Shown here: one piece after another, positions 23,782 to 33,449 of the stretch
Position numbering within the stretch: the stretch's first letter is position 1
Layout of the letters: each line of letters starts with the position of its first letter
Source: an uncultured Treponemataceae bacterium
Lineage (GTDB): Bacteria > Spirochaetota > Spirochaetia > Treponematales > Treponemataceae
Assembly (NCBI GenBank): GCA_964370555.1
Contig: CAYJJW010000002.1
Coordinates: 1 to 38,611 of the forward strand
Direction: 5' to 3'
Length of the DNA: 38,611 nt
Notes under the pieces: model-generated
What the model saw: the letters and a program-made list of their open reading frames with translations, nothing else
Database searches by the model: none
What the model was told of the DNA's origin: nothing
Position numbers and translations under genes: made by a program

Positions 23782-24069
23782 TTATAAGCCGAAGCTTTCC
23801 ATTATTTTATCTGCAGTAGATGAAATAACAGATTGATTCAAGTATCCAGGATCTTGTAACTTTTCTCTAACTTGTGCAACACGGTCTAATCGAACATCAG
23901 GTGTTCCTGCTGCAATTTCAGATAAGTACATATCTTCGGCCATAGCTCGGGCTTCACTGGAAATCTCGATGCTATCATGCCCTGCAGGAACTCTTTCGCT
24001 TACTGCGTTGCGTTGGGTTTTTTGTACGTTTTTTAGGGGATCTAAGCTCCCTAATTTGTCAATAATCAT
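23782..24069 (-). CDS. flgM: Anti-sigma-28 factor FlgM
   Basis: It is a small protein (95 aa from ATG 24069). The C-terminal segment DVRLDRVAQVREKLQDPGYLNQSVISSTADKIM matches the FlgM family pattern (..V..ik..I..G.Y.vd...iA.kl.). I chose the internal Met because the longer ORF would overlap rsmI by 44 nt. Confidence 0.7.
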   Translation of the reverse strand: MIIDKLGSLDPLKNVQKTQRNAVSERVPAGHDSIEISSEARAMAEDMYLSEIAAGTPDVRLDRVAQVREKLQDPGYLNQSVISSTADKIMESFGL

Positions 24070-24799
24070 TCTTTTTCGCCTCTCTTTCTTTGGCTTTCCC
24101 AAGTTTGAGCTTTTTTACTCCCGCAACAAAAACCGCAAATTCTCCCAGAATTTTTGGTCTGTTGGCAAATTCACTGTATATATCTACAGCCTTCCCCTCT
24201 ACTATTTCTTCATGCATTTTTGTAAGCTCTCGGCCAACTAAAACATGTCGCTCACTATCAATATCGGCAATATCTGCCAAAAGTTTAACAATTCTGAACG
24301 GAGATTCGTATAAAACTACTGCATTTCCCGTTTCTAAGAGTTCTGCGACTCTACTTCGTCGTTTTCCAGGCTTTACAGGCAAAAATCCTTCAAAAATGAT
24401 TGTCTTTCCGCCTTCACCGGCAACGCTAACTAAGGTTGCAAAAGCACTTGCACCGGGAATTGGAACAACAGTATGTCCTGCCTCTCGCACCCTTGCTACA
24501 AGAACTGCTCCTGGATCACTTATGCCGGGTGTTCCCGCATCGCTTGCAAATGCAACATTTTTACCTTCATTTAGAATCTCTATTATTTTCTCGGAGGCTT
24601 TTTCTTCATTTTGAGCCCGGCAAGAAAGTAAAGGTTTGCGTATATTAAAATGCGTCAGCAACTGTAATGTGCGTCTAGTATCTTCGGCTGCAACATAATC
24701 AACAGCTTCGAGCGTTTCAACAGCTCGATATGTAATATCTTTTAAATTTCCTATTGGTGTTGCAACAATATATAACTCTGACACATTATAATTATACAT
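24059..24799 (-). CDS. rsmI: 16S rRNA (cytidine1402-2'-O)-methyltransferase
   Basis: Motifs LYIVATPIGNLKDITYRAVETL, AAEDTRRT and FASDAGTPGISDPG are present, from the tetrapyrrole-methylase fold of the RsmI family. Confidence 0.9.
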   Translation of the reverse strand: MYNYNVSELYIVATPIGNLKDITYRAVETLEAVDYVAAEDTRRTLQLLTHFNIRKPLLSCRAQNEEKASEKIIEILNEGKNVAFASDAGTPGISDPGAVLVARVREAGHTVVPIPGASAFATLVSVAGEGGKTIIFEGFLPVKPGKRRSRVAELLETGNAVVLYESPFRIVKLLADIADIDSERHVLVGRELTKMHEEIVEGKAVDIYSEFANRPKILGEFAVFVAGVKKLKLGKAKEREAKKNDY

Positions 24800-24881
24800 C
24801 TTTTCTTATATAAGCACAAGTATTATATCGCTAAAAGAGAAAAAGAACTATTTTATATACCTATTAACGCTAAAGGAAAAC

Positions 24882-26048
24882 TTATGCTATTACTTTAAAG
24901 GCATTTTCTAAGTCTTGTATTAAATCTTGTGTGTTTTCAAGCCCGCAATAAAGGCGCACTAGATTTCTGCTTGCATGTCTATCTGCCGCTACTTCATCAC
25001 TTAATTTATAACAGGGCATAATTGCAAGGCTTTCAAATCCACCCCATGAAACGCCTCTTTGAAAAATTGAAAGCGCATTACAAAATTCTATTGTTTTTTC
25101 AACACTTGTATCAATTTCAAAGCTCATAAGCCCTGAACATCCTGTAAATTGTTTTTGGGCTAATTCATATTGTGGGTATGATTTTACACCTGGATAATTT
25201 ATTCGCCTTACTTCTTTTTTTGTTTCAAGATATTCAGCAACTGCTTGTGCGTTTTTTGAAGATTTTTCAAGTCTAAGAGGAAAGGTTCTGAGACTTCTAA
25301 GAACTTGCCATGCTTCAAAATTGCCTAATATTCCACCGTGTAATTCGCGTCCTTTTTGCTTTATAATAGATATTGTATCTTTTGAGCTACAAACACAGCC
25401 GCCTACAACATCAGAGTGTCCGCCATAATATTTTGACAAGGTGTGAACACTTACATCTATGCCAATTTCAAATGGTTTTTGATACACTCCTGCTGCCCAT
25501 GTATTATCAATTATAGTAGCAATTCCTTTTTCTTTTGTAATTGCTATAATTTTTTCTAAGTCTTGAAGTTCTAACACAAGAGAAGAAGGGCTTTCAAGAT
25601 AAATTACGCGCGTGTTTGGTTTTATTGCAGCAATTATTCCATCTGAATCATTATCATTAATAAAATCATGTTCCATTCCCAAAGCAACAAGATTTTCTGT
25701 AATAAATGTTCTGGTAGGGCCATATACATTTTTTATTGTAATGATATGGTCTCCCGTTTTCATAAAATGTAAAATTGAGGTTGTTATTGCTGCCATGCCA
25801 GAGGCAAAGCAAGCACATTCTTCTGCTCCTTCAATTGCTGCAAGCTTTTTTTCTAACAGTTCGACAGTTGGATTTGCACACCGGCTATACATGTAAGAAT
25901 TATTTTGAGATGAATTAAAAGCAAAGTATTCTTCCATCGAGTCAAAAACAAAAAGAGAATTCAAAAAAAGTGGAGGTGTTACTGACTGTAGAAGTTTTTC
26001 CTCTTCTCCTAAATGAGCGCAAATGTATTCTAAGTTGTTTCTATGCAT
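24882..26048 (-). CDS. Cys/Met-metabolism PLP-dependent enzyme (cystathionine beta-lyase, gamma-synthase or methionine gamma-lyase family)
   Basis: The PLP-lysine motif is HTLSKYYGGHSDVVGG. Other family blocks are YSRCANPT, SGMAAI and DNTWAAG. Substrate specificity cannot be assigned from sequence by eye. Confidence 0.85.
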   Translation of the reverse strand: MHRNNLEYICAHLGEEEKLLQSVTPPLFLNSLFVFDSMEEYFAFNSSQNNSYMYSRCANPTVELLEKKLAAIEGAEECACFASGMAAITTSILHFMKTGDHIITIKNVYGPTRTFITENLVALGMEHDFINDNDSDGIIAAIKPNTRVIYLESPSSLVLELQDLEKIIAITKEKGIATIIDNTWAAGVYQKPFEIGIDVSVHTLSKYYGGHSDVVGGCVCSSKDTISIIKQKGRELHGGILGNFEAWQVLRSLRTFPLRLEKSSKNAQAVAEYLETKKEVRRINYPGVKSYPQYELAQKQFTGCSGLMSFEIDTSVEKTIEFCNALSIFQRGVSWGGFESLAIMPCYKLSDEVAADRHASRNLVRLYCGLENTQDLIQDLENAFKVIA

Positions 26049-26242
26049 AAAAGTCTATCCTAAAAATATTTTTATTATGGTATAGCATAATAAAGTGAAA
26101 GTCAACATTCTTTTTTTTGAATAAAAAAAGATTTAGTAACTTTTAAGGACTTTGGTTGTTTAAAATAACAAAGAAGATAGTGTTTTTTATGTGTAAAAAG
26201 CGGATTTTTTTTAGAAAAAATCTTCCTTTTTTCTAAAAAATG

Positions 26243-26251
26243 TGATATACT
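26243..26251 (+). promoter_or_regulatory. Extended -10 promoter (TGaTATACT) upstream of the GH63-like gene
   Basis: TG at 26243-26244 and TATACT at 26246..26251. The -35 region is occupied by the inverted repeat at 26211..26236. Confidence 0.4.
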
Positions 26252-26363
26252 GTAAGTGAGGCATTTTAAGAAATTTTACTTTCTGTATTTCAATGTGAAG
26301 AATACAAAGTTGTTACCTAATTTAATTAAAGAAAAATGCGTTATACAGAAACAAGGAGTACCG

Positions 26364-27794
26364 GTGAGCAAGCGCGATTTTCCGAAGATACATTTCTACG
26401 ACCAAGATTTTGTAGATATATATGACAAAACTTGGGCATGGGTTCAAGATTTTTGGAAGGATGATAAAAAAGAAGCTCCATCTCTTGATGGATACTTTGT
26501 TCACCCTGATGAAAATGGATGTGTTGTAGATCAATTAGAAGCTGTTTTTTCCTCTTTTTTCTTAGTATATTCTAATAGAAATTTTCCTGCACATCAAAAC
26601 TTAGACTATCTATACGCACGTCAAGAAAAAAATGGAGCTATACGCTGGAAATATAATTTATCAAAAAAAACACCAGTTATAGATAATACAAACCCTGAGG
26701 GTGTGGGTCTGCCTCTTTTTGCTTGGGCAGAATTCAATCTTTATCATAAAACAGCAAATAAAAAACGCATTAAAGAAATAATGCCAATTTTGCAAAAATA
26801 CTCTACCTGGATCGAAACAACATTTAAAGCTGAAAACAATCTTTTTTCAGTTCCGGTAGAAGCAAGCACAATGTTTAATTCTCCTCGTGATAAAACTATC
26901 TATCCTATAGATTTTAATGCGACAATGGCTGTAAATGCTTTATATATGGCAGCCCTTGGTGATATTATTAATGATAAAGATTTAAACTTCCAATATAAGA
27001 AATTATATTTTTCATTGAAAACTCAAATAAATGCCATGATGTGGGACAACGATACAGGCTTTTACTATGATTTGGATAAAGACGGAAATAAATTAATGCA
27101 TAAAACAGTGGCTAATTTTTGGCCTTTGTTAGCAGAAATTCCAAATGAAGATAAAGCAGAAAAGCTTATTTCATATTTATCGAATCCTAATTCTTTTGGA
27201 ACAGATCATCCTTTCCCTACGTTATCGGCCGACCACAAGGATTTTAGTAAAGATGGAGAAGGGTATAGAGGAAGTGTTTTTCCTGCTTTTAATTTTATGA
27301 TAATTAAGGGATTGGAAAAGTATCATCGCTACGATTTAGCACGAGAAGCTTCTATTCGTCATCTTTATCATATGTTGGATGCTCTGTTCCCAGAAGGGTC
27401 AAGCAAAAGCGGCGATTTATGGGAAGCATATCTTCCTCTTCAAGAAGGATATGCAAAAATGGAAGGCAATGAGAATTTCCCTAGAAAAAGACATATCATT
27501 TTTGCAGGACTTTCTACAATTGCAATAATGATAGAAAACATTATAGGTTTAAATATCAGCTTGCCTCGCAAAACTGTTGACTGGACAATTCCAAACTTAG
27601 AGATGATGGGAATAGAAAACCTTTCACTTACGAGAAACTTAATTACGATTCTTTCAAACAAAAGTTCTCGCGGATGGGAAATACAAATGGAAAGTGAAAA
27701 GCTATACTACTTTACCATTAATATTCTAGGTGAAAAGAAAAAAACACTTCCTATTCCATCAGGGAAATGTTCTATGCTTATAGATAAATTGTAA
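26364..27794 (+). CDS. Six-hairpin (alpha/alpha)6 glycoside hydrolase, GH63/GH37-like (MGH1-like)
   Basis: The sequence resembles the trehalase/GH63 superfamily (..NFWPLLAEIP.., ..YRGSVFPAFNFMIIKGLEKY..). I place the start at GTG 26364, 5 nt after a strong AAGGAG SD (26353..26358). The ORF-track start at 26256 adds 36 codons with no SD and sits 4 nt after the -10 element. Confidence 0.55.
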   Translation: MSKRDFPKIHFYDQDFVDIYDKTWAWVQDFWKDDKKEAPSLDGYFVHPDENGCVVDQLEAVFSSFFLVYSNRNFPAHQNLDYLYARQEKNGAIRWKYNLSKKTPVIDNTNPEGVGLPLFAWAEFNLYHKTANKKRIKEIMPILQKYSTWIETTFKAENNLFSVPVEASTMFNSPRDKTIYPIDFNATMAVNALYMAALGDIINDKDLNFQYKKLYFSLKTQINAMMWDNDTGFYYDLDKDGNKLMHKTVANFWPLLAEIPNEDKAEKLISYLSNPNSFGTDHPFPTLSADHKDFSKDGEGYRGSVFPAFNFMIIKGLEKYHRYDLAREASIRHLYHMLDALFPEGSSKSGDLWEAYLPLQEGYAKMEGNENFPRKRHIIFAGLSTIAIMIENIIGLNISLPRKTVDWTIPNLEMMGIENLSLTRNLITILSNKSSRGWEIQMESEKLYYFTINILGEKKKTLPIPSGKCSMLIDKL

Positions 27795-27826
27795 GAAAAA
27801 ATTTATATTCGACTCTGAGGATTTTT

Positions 27827-29353
27827 ATGAAAACACTTGAAGCTGTCATTGAGCTTGGTTCCACCGGAATTCGTCTTATGGTTTGCGAGGTGGATGAAAA
27901 AGGAAAATGGAAAATAGTCGATAAGTCTGAGCTTCCTGTGTCTCTAGGATGGGATGTTTTTACTACCGGCACAATAAGTCGTGAAAGTTTATTGCAATGC
28001 ATCCAAATTTTTAGCAGTTTTAGGGAGCAATTAGATAGTTGGAATATTAGCCCCTTTCAAGTTCGAACTATTGCTACCAGTGCTCTTAGAGAGGCACAAA
28101 ACAGGGATTCTTTTCTTGATAGAATACTTGTAAAAACAGGATTTCCTATAAAACTAATTGATGGTATTGAGGAAAGCCGCCTTGTGTATCTCGCTGTATC
28201 AAATATTCTTTCGCAAGATATACCCCGGCACCAAAGTAAAAATTCTGTAATTCTTGAGATAGGCGGTGGGTCAACTGAAGTAATGTTCCTTAACAGAGGA
28301 AAAATTGTAACGGTGCATAGCTTGAGATTGGGAACCGTTCTTATTGACCAATATATAAAATCAATGGGTGGGTCTAGAAGTGATACAAAGCGCTATCTTG
28401 AATCCTACATTAAAAATACTGGCGTTAATTTTAATATTGGTGGTGGGTTAAAAAAAATCCACAACTTTGTAACCATAGGATCAGATGCTCAAATAATTGC
28501 AAAACACATTGGCAAGCCCTTGGGGAAAAGAACATGGTCTATTCCTCGTGAAAAATATTATGCCTTTGTTGAAGAAGTTGAACAACTTTCACTAAATGAG
28601 TTGGTTGGTAAATTTCATATTGAATACAATGATCTTAGAATGCTTCCAGTATCACTCTTAGTGTACAAGCTCTTTTTAGATTTAACAAAAGCAGATGACT
28701 TTATTGTTTCGGACACAACAATTAGAGAAGGACTCTTTATAAGTAAGTTTTCAAAAGATGCACAGCTCGAAAGTAACTTCTTTTCACAAATTATGGCATC
28801 GGCTTTGAGAACCGGTAAAAAATACAAAATAGATGAAAAACATGCACAGTATGTAAAAAATATGGCATTAAAAATCTATGATGCGATGGGATCTGAAATA
28901 GGCTTACAAAATGATGCAAGACTTATTTTAGAAATAGCTTCTTTGCTACACGATATTGGAACTTTTATTCGAGAAGCAGATCATGAGATTCATAGTCAGT
29001 ACATAATATCACATTCAAATATTTTTGGGCTGGAAAAACCAACCTTGCAAATTATAGCGCTTATTGCTCGATATCATCGCGGTAATGTAACCTTACCTGA
29101 TGAAGATGAGTTTTTAGCTCTACCTCGAAAAGACAGAATGAAGGTACTAAAACTTTCTGCTATATTACGTGTTGCAGATGCCTTGGATAGAGGTCATTCA
29201 CAGCGTATTTCCAATGTTGGAATAAAACTAAAAGAAACAATGCTTGTTTTAGAGCTAAAAAATATTCGCGACACAAAACTGGAAAAACAAGCAATAGCCG
29301 AAAAAAGTGATTTATTTGAATCGGTGTTTGGCTACACTGTTCTACTTACATAA
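27827..29353 (+). CDS. ppx: Exopolyphosphatase / guanosine pentaphosphate phosphohydrolase (Ppx/GppA) with a C-terminal HD domain
   Basis: The ASKHA-fold motifs ELGSTGIRL and LEIGGGSTE are present, and the C-terminal HD region has ASLLHDIG. A GAGGA SD is present. Confidence 0.85.
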   Translation: MKTLEAVIELGSTGIRLMVCEVDEKGKWKIVDKSELPVSLGWDVFTTGTISRESLLQCIQIFSSFREQLDSWNISPFQVRTIATSALREAQNRDSFLDRILVKTGFPIKLIDGIEESRLVYLAVSNILSQDIPRHQSKNSVILEIGGGSTEVMFLNRGKIVTVHSLRLGTVLIDQYIKSMGGSRSDTKRYLESYIKNTGVNFNIGGGLKKIHNFVTIGSDAQIIAKHIGKPLGKRTWSIPREKYYAFVEEVEQLSLNELVGKFHIEYNDLRMLPVSLLVYKLFLDLTKADDFIVSDTTIREGLFISKFSKDAQLESNFFSQIMASALRTGKKYKIDEKHAQYVKNMALKIYDAMGSEIGLQNDARLILEIASLLHDIGTFIREADHEIHSQYIISHSNIFGLEKPTLQIIALIARYHRGNVTLPDEDEFLALPRKDRMKVLKLSAILRVADALDRGHSQRISNVGIKLKETMLVLELKNIRDTKLEKQAIAEKSDLFESVFGYTVLLT

Positions 29354-29388
29354 AAAACTGAGTTACGACATAAATATGGAGAGGAAAA

Positions 29389-31545
29389 ATGTCTAAGAGT
29401 ACAAAAAGTGATAAGTCACTATTTATAAATAGAGAGCTTTCTTGGATTGAATTTAATGCAAGAGTTTTAAAAGAAGCTCAAAATAAGCAAGTGCCCTTAT
29501 TTGAGAGAATAAAGTTTCTTTCAATTGTTTCATCAAATTTTGATGAATTTTTTATGGTTCGTGTTGCTGGCTTAAAAAATCAAGCTCAATTAGATCCAAG
29601 TTGGAGTGATATTGCAGGTCTTACTGCAAAAGAACAATTAGATAAAATTTCAAAACGGTCTCACGAAGTTTTTGAAGCTCAACATAAACTTTTTAGTACT
29701 GAAATTTTAGATGATTTAAAAAATGAAGGAATCGTGTATGTTTCTCCAAAAGACTTTACTGCAGAAGAAAAGCAGTTTACGGAGAATTTTTATAAAGAGC
29801 AAGTATTCCCCTTGCTTACACCTTTAAGAACGGAAGAAAACGGAGAGCTTCCTTTGTTCTCTAACCTTAAAGTGCATGTAGCATTTTTGTTAAATCCTAT
29901 TTCTAATGAAAAGTCTTTGTATCCTACTTTGCATGCTGAAGGAGAAAAACCTTTAGCTTTTGTGCAAGTACCTACAACAATGGACAGAGTTATTTGGCTG
30001 CCATCAAAAAAGAAAGAGCATCGCTTTTCTCTTTTAGAAGATATTATTATTTTATACGGATCAAATCTTTTTTCAGGCTTTTCTGTTGAGCAAACATTAA
30101 TCTTTAAAATTGTATGCGATGCGGCATTTGCCGTTAATGAAGAGGTTGAAGATAATTTTATAGAAGCCATGGAAAACATTATTAGCGAAAGGAAAAAAGC
30201 AGTTCCTATCCGACTAACGTGTACTTCTGACAGCAATGAAATTGCTAAGATTATTATTAAAAAAGCAAATCTTTCAGAACAAGATGTTTATAGTACCGAA
30301 ACCCATTTTATTGACTTAAAAAATTTTAATTCTCTTGAATCTCTTGATGGGTACTCTCATTTGCGTTATCCAAAATGGAAGAATTTTTATTCTGAATCAT
30401 TAGAGCCAAAACAACCTTTATGGGATACTATTAAACAGCGTGATATTCTTTTACATGTGCCGTATGAAGCATACGATCCTGTTTTGCAATTTGTAAATGA
30501 TGCTGCAGAAGATGATGATGTTTTGGCAATAAAAATGACTCTTTATAGAACAAGTGGAGATTCCCCTCTTATAAAAAGCCTTATTAAAGCTGCAGAAAAG
30601 GGAAAGCAAGTAACAGTTTTTGTAGAGTTAAAAGCACGCTTTGACGAAGAAAGAAATATTGCCTGGGCTCATAAACTGCAACAATCCGGTGTTATAGTAA
30701 TATATGGCATAGCTCATCTTAAAGTTCATGCAAAGCTTCTCTTTGTTGTTAGAAAAGAAAGTTCAGGTATTGTACGTTATGTGCACATGGGAACCGGTAA
30801 TTATAATGAAAAAACAGCTCGCCTATATGTTGATATGTCGCTTTTTACTGCAAATGCAGAAATAGCAAATGATGTAACTCTTATGTTTAATATGATTTCA
30901 GGTTACTCTACTATTCAAAACATGAATCATTTATACATGGCTCCTGTAAACCTAAAGTCACAGCTTTTAACTATGATTGAGCGGGAAATACAGTTTTCTT
31001 CAAAAGAAAATCCTGGTTTAATTATGGCTAAAATGAATAGCCTTGCACACCCTGAAGTTATAGAGGCTTTATACAGAGCAAGCAATGCACATGTAACAGT
31101 ATTATTGAATATACGAGGTGTTTGTATGCTTGTTCCGGGAGTAAAAGGGCAAAGTGAAAATATTACAGTAATAAGTATTATAGACAGATTTTTAGAGCAT
31201 ACACGCATCTTTTATTTTCAAAACGGTGGAGCTGAAGAAGCATACTTAGCAAGTGCCGATTGGATGCCTCGAAATCTTGATAGAAGGGTAGAATTAATGT
31301 TTCCTGTGCTTCAACAAAATATTTTTCAAGAAATAAAAGAAACATTAAAAATCTATTTTTCTGATAACCAAAAAGCCCATGTGCTTCTTTCTGATGGCTC
31401 TTGGAGCAAAAAAGAAGAAAAAGATACGCAACCTATTCGAAGTCAAGAGGCATTATATAATTTGTATATGCAAAATGCACAAAAAGAAAGTGTAAAAACC
31501 GCAAAAGAGTTTTTGGTTAGAAAAAAACAGAGAAAAACAAAATAA
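29389..31545 (+). CDS. ppk: Polyphosphate kinase 1
   Basis: Motifs FINRELSWIEFNARVL, the autophosphorylated-His region LKVHAKLLFVVR, and GTGNYNEKTARLY are present. The length of 718 aa fits the family. Confidence 0.95.
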   Translation: MSKSTKSDKSLFINRELSWIEFNARVLKEAQNKQVPLFERIKFLSIVSSNFDEFFMVRVAGLKNQAQLDPSWSDIAGLTAKEQLDKISKRSHEVFEAQHKLFSTEILDDLKNEGIVYVSPKDFTAEEKQFTENFYKEQVFPLLTPLRTEENGELPLFSNLKVHVAFLLNPISNEKSLYPTLHAEGEKPLAFVQVPTTMDRVIWLPSKKKEHRFSLLEDIIILYGSNLFSGFSVEQTLIFKIVCDAAFAVNEEVEDNFIEAMENIISERKKAVPIRLTCTSDSNEIAKIIIKKANLSEQDVYSTETHFIDLKNFNSLESLDGYSHLRYPKWKNFYSESLEPKQPLWDTIKQRDILLHVPYEAYDPVLQFVNDAAEDDDVLAIKMTLYRTSGDSPLIKSLIKAAEKGKQVTVFVELKARFDEERNIAWAHKLQQSGVIVIYGIAHLKVHAKLLFVVRKESSGIVRYVHMGTGNYNEKTARLYVDMSLFTANAEIANDVTLMFNMISGYSTIQNMNHLYMAPVNLKSQLLTMIEREIQFSSKENPGLIMAKMNSLAHPEVIEALYRASNAHVTVLLNIRGVCMLVPGVKGQSENITVISIIDRFLEHTRIFYFQNGGAEEAYLASADWMPRNLDRRVELMFPVLQQNIFQEIKETLKIYFSDNQKAHVLLSDGSWSKKEEKDTQPIRSQEALYNLYMQNAQKESVKTAKEFLVRKKQRKTK

Positions 31546-31552
31546 GCTTGTT

Positions 31553-33448
31553 TTATCGTAAATATACCATTAGAAGCATAATATCAGAATTTCTAATACC
31601 TGAAATTCTGCTTGCTTGTCCAAGTGTTTGGGGACGTATTTTTTCAAGCTTTTGTTTTGATTCGTTTGAAAGACTTGGAATAGCAGCGTAATCAAAATTA
31701 TCAGGTATTTTTGCATTTTCCATTTTTCGCATTTTTTCAATTCGTCTATCTTGTTTTTCAACATAGTGCTTGTATTTAAAATCTATAGCGGCGGCTTCTA
31801 AAATGTCATGTGGGTATAGTGTGGCAAGTTCTGTTGTAAACAAGGTTTCTTCGTTGGCTAACTGTATGTCTTTTTCAAAACGTGTAATTATTTCTTGCTT
31901 TAACTGCAATTTTTTGTTTAGTTTTTCTATTTGAGAAGAGGTTTTTAAGCCAACCTTATAGGCCTTCGGGAAAAGTCTCTCATCTGCACTGTCGTGGCGT
32001 AATTTTAGGCGATATTCTGCGCGAGCTGTAAACATTCTATAAGGTTCTTTTGTTCCGAGTGTTACTAAATCATCAATGAGAACGCCTATATATGCTTCGT
32101 CTCTTCCCAAAACTAATGGTTCATACGTGGGAATGTCATAGAGTCTGTCTTTATGCCCTGCAAAACCTGTTTTTGTGCCGTTTTCATCTATAAGTTCGGT
32201 ATGCTCGCCACATAGTTCACCGTGAGCTTTTGAATAAAGGCCGGCATTTATACCTGCTATAATACCTTGTCCTGCAGCCTCTTCATAGCCTGAAGTACCA
32301 TTAATTTGTCCTGCCGTAAAAAGGCCGGCAACTTTTTTTGTTTCAAGACTTGAAAATAGCTCTGTTGGATCAATATAATCATATTCAACTGCATAACCGG
32401 GCCTTGAAATAATGGCTCCTTTGAAGGGATCCATTGTTCTCAAAAAGGCATCTTGCACATCTTCAGGTAAAGAAGAAGAAAAACCATTTAAATACATTTC
32501 TTCTGTAAATAAGCTTTCAGGCTCTAAAAATAATTGGTGTCTTTCTCTTTCTGCAAAACGAACTACCTTGTCTTCAATAGAAGGGCAATAGCGAGGGCCT
32601 GTTCCACTTATTTTACCGGAAAAAAGAGGAGACAAGCCTATGTTGTCACTTATTACCTTATGGGTTTTTTCATTTGTGTATGCAAGATAACAGGGAACCA
32701 TTGGGCGTTCAACCTTGTCTGTATCAAAAGAAAAAGGAATTATTTTTGTATCTCCCTCTTGTATTTCCATTTTTGAAAAGTCTATGCTTGAGCGAAGTAT
32801 TCTTGGAGGCGTTCCTGTTTTTAGTCTTCCTGTTGAAAAGCCTAGCTTATTTAATGCTTCTGTTAAACCAAAAGCTGCTTGTTCACCGAGGCGGCCACAG
32901 TTTTCATCATATGGCCCAATAAAAATTTTTCCACCTAAAAAAGTTCCTGTTGTTAATACAGAAGCTCTAATAGAAATTCTTCTTCCTCTTTGTGTTATAA
33001 GAGCTGTTATTTTTTGCTCATGAGTACTATTATCAACCTTTACTGTTTCAATATCAACAACGGTGTCTTGTAGCATGTATATGTTTTCTTGTGATTCTAG
33101 TGTTTTGCGTGCTATGTCGGCATAGAGAATTTTATCGGCTTGGCTTCTTGGAGCTTGTACGGCGGGACCCTTGCTTTTATTTAATAGCCTAAATTGTAAC
33201 ATGGACTGATCAATTATTTTCCCCATTTCACCGCCAAGGGCATCAATTTCCCGAACAATGTTACCTTTTGCTATTCCTCCAATTGAAGGGTTGCAAGAAA
33301 GTCTGCAAATTGAATCAATAGATTGTGTTATAACAATTGTTTTATTTCCCATTCGAGCAGAGGCAAGAGCAGCTTCTAAACCTGCATGTCCGGCGCCTAC
33401 AACTGCAACATCATAGGAATCATAATATCCATTCGTTTGTTTTTTCAT
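31553..33448 (-). CDS. mnmG: tRNA uridine 5-carboxymethylaminomethyl modification enzyme MnmG (GidA)
   Basis: It has the FAD motif [16 protein letters not shown] and [19 protein letters not shown] place the start at ATG 33448 ([14 protein letters not shown]..), 1 nt after the metA stop. The 14 extra codons in the ORF track would overlap metA. Confidence 0.95.
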   Translation of the reverse strand: MKKQTNGYYDSYDVAVVGAGHAGLEAALASARMGNKTIVITQSIDSICRLSCNPSIGGIAKGNIVREIDALGGEMGKIIDQSMLQFRLLNKSKGPAVQAPRSQADKILYADIARKTLESQENIYMLQDTVVDIETVKVDNSTHEQKITALITQRGRRISIRASVLTTGTFLGGKIFIGPYDENCGRLGEQAAFGLTEALNKLGFSTGRLKTGTPPRILRSSIDFSKMEIQEGDTKIIPFSFDTDKVERPMVPCYLAYTNEKTHKVISDNIGLSPLFSGKISGTGPRYCPSIEDKVVRFAERERHQLFLEPESLFTEEMYLNGFSSSLPEDVQDAFLRTMDPFKGAIISRPGYAVEYDYIDPTELFSSLETKKVAGLFTAGQINGTSGYEEAAGQGIIAGINAGLYSKAHGELCGEHTELIDENGTKTGFAGHKDRLYDIPTYEPLVLGRDEAYIGVLIDDLVTLGTKEPYRMFTARAEYRLKLRHDSADERLFPKAYKVGLKTSSQIEKLNKKLQLKQEIITRFEKDIQLANEETLFTTELATLYPHDILEAAAIDFKYKHYVEKQDRRIEKMRKMENAKIPDNFDYAAIPSLSNESKQKLEKIRPQTLGQASRISGIRNSDIMLLMVYLR

Positions 33449-33449
33449 A

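Noticed and set aside
24090-24614. 174-aa ORF on the plus strand, entirely antisense to rsmI
   Set aside because: Its composition is dominated by S/T/P/A, as expected for the reverse frame of a real gene. It has no SD and no recognisable motif. The rsmI frame carries strong family motifs. I treat it as a shadow ORF.
26049-26255. I looked for a SAM riboswitch or T-box leader upstream of the Cys/Met PLP enzyme gene (minus strand)
   Set aside because: The candidate promoter (TTGACT..TGcTATACC) lies only about 55 nt from the ATG. The leader is AT-rich and has none of the conserved GC-rich helices of SAM-I or T-box elements.
29790-30236. 148-aa ORF antisense to ppk
   Set aside because: It lies wholly inside a very well supported ppk coding region, has no SD, and its sequence is low-complexity and rich in Ser/Cys/Lys. 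It is a shadow ORF.
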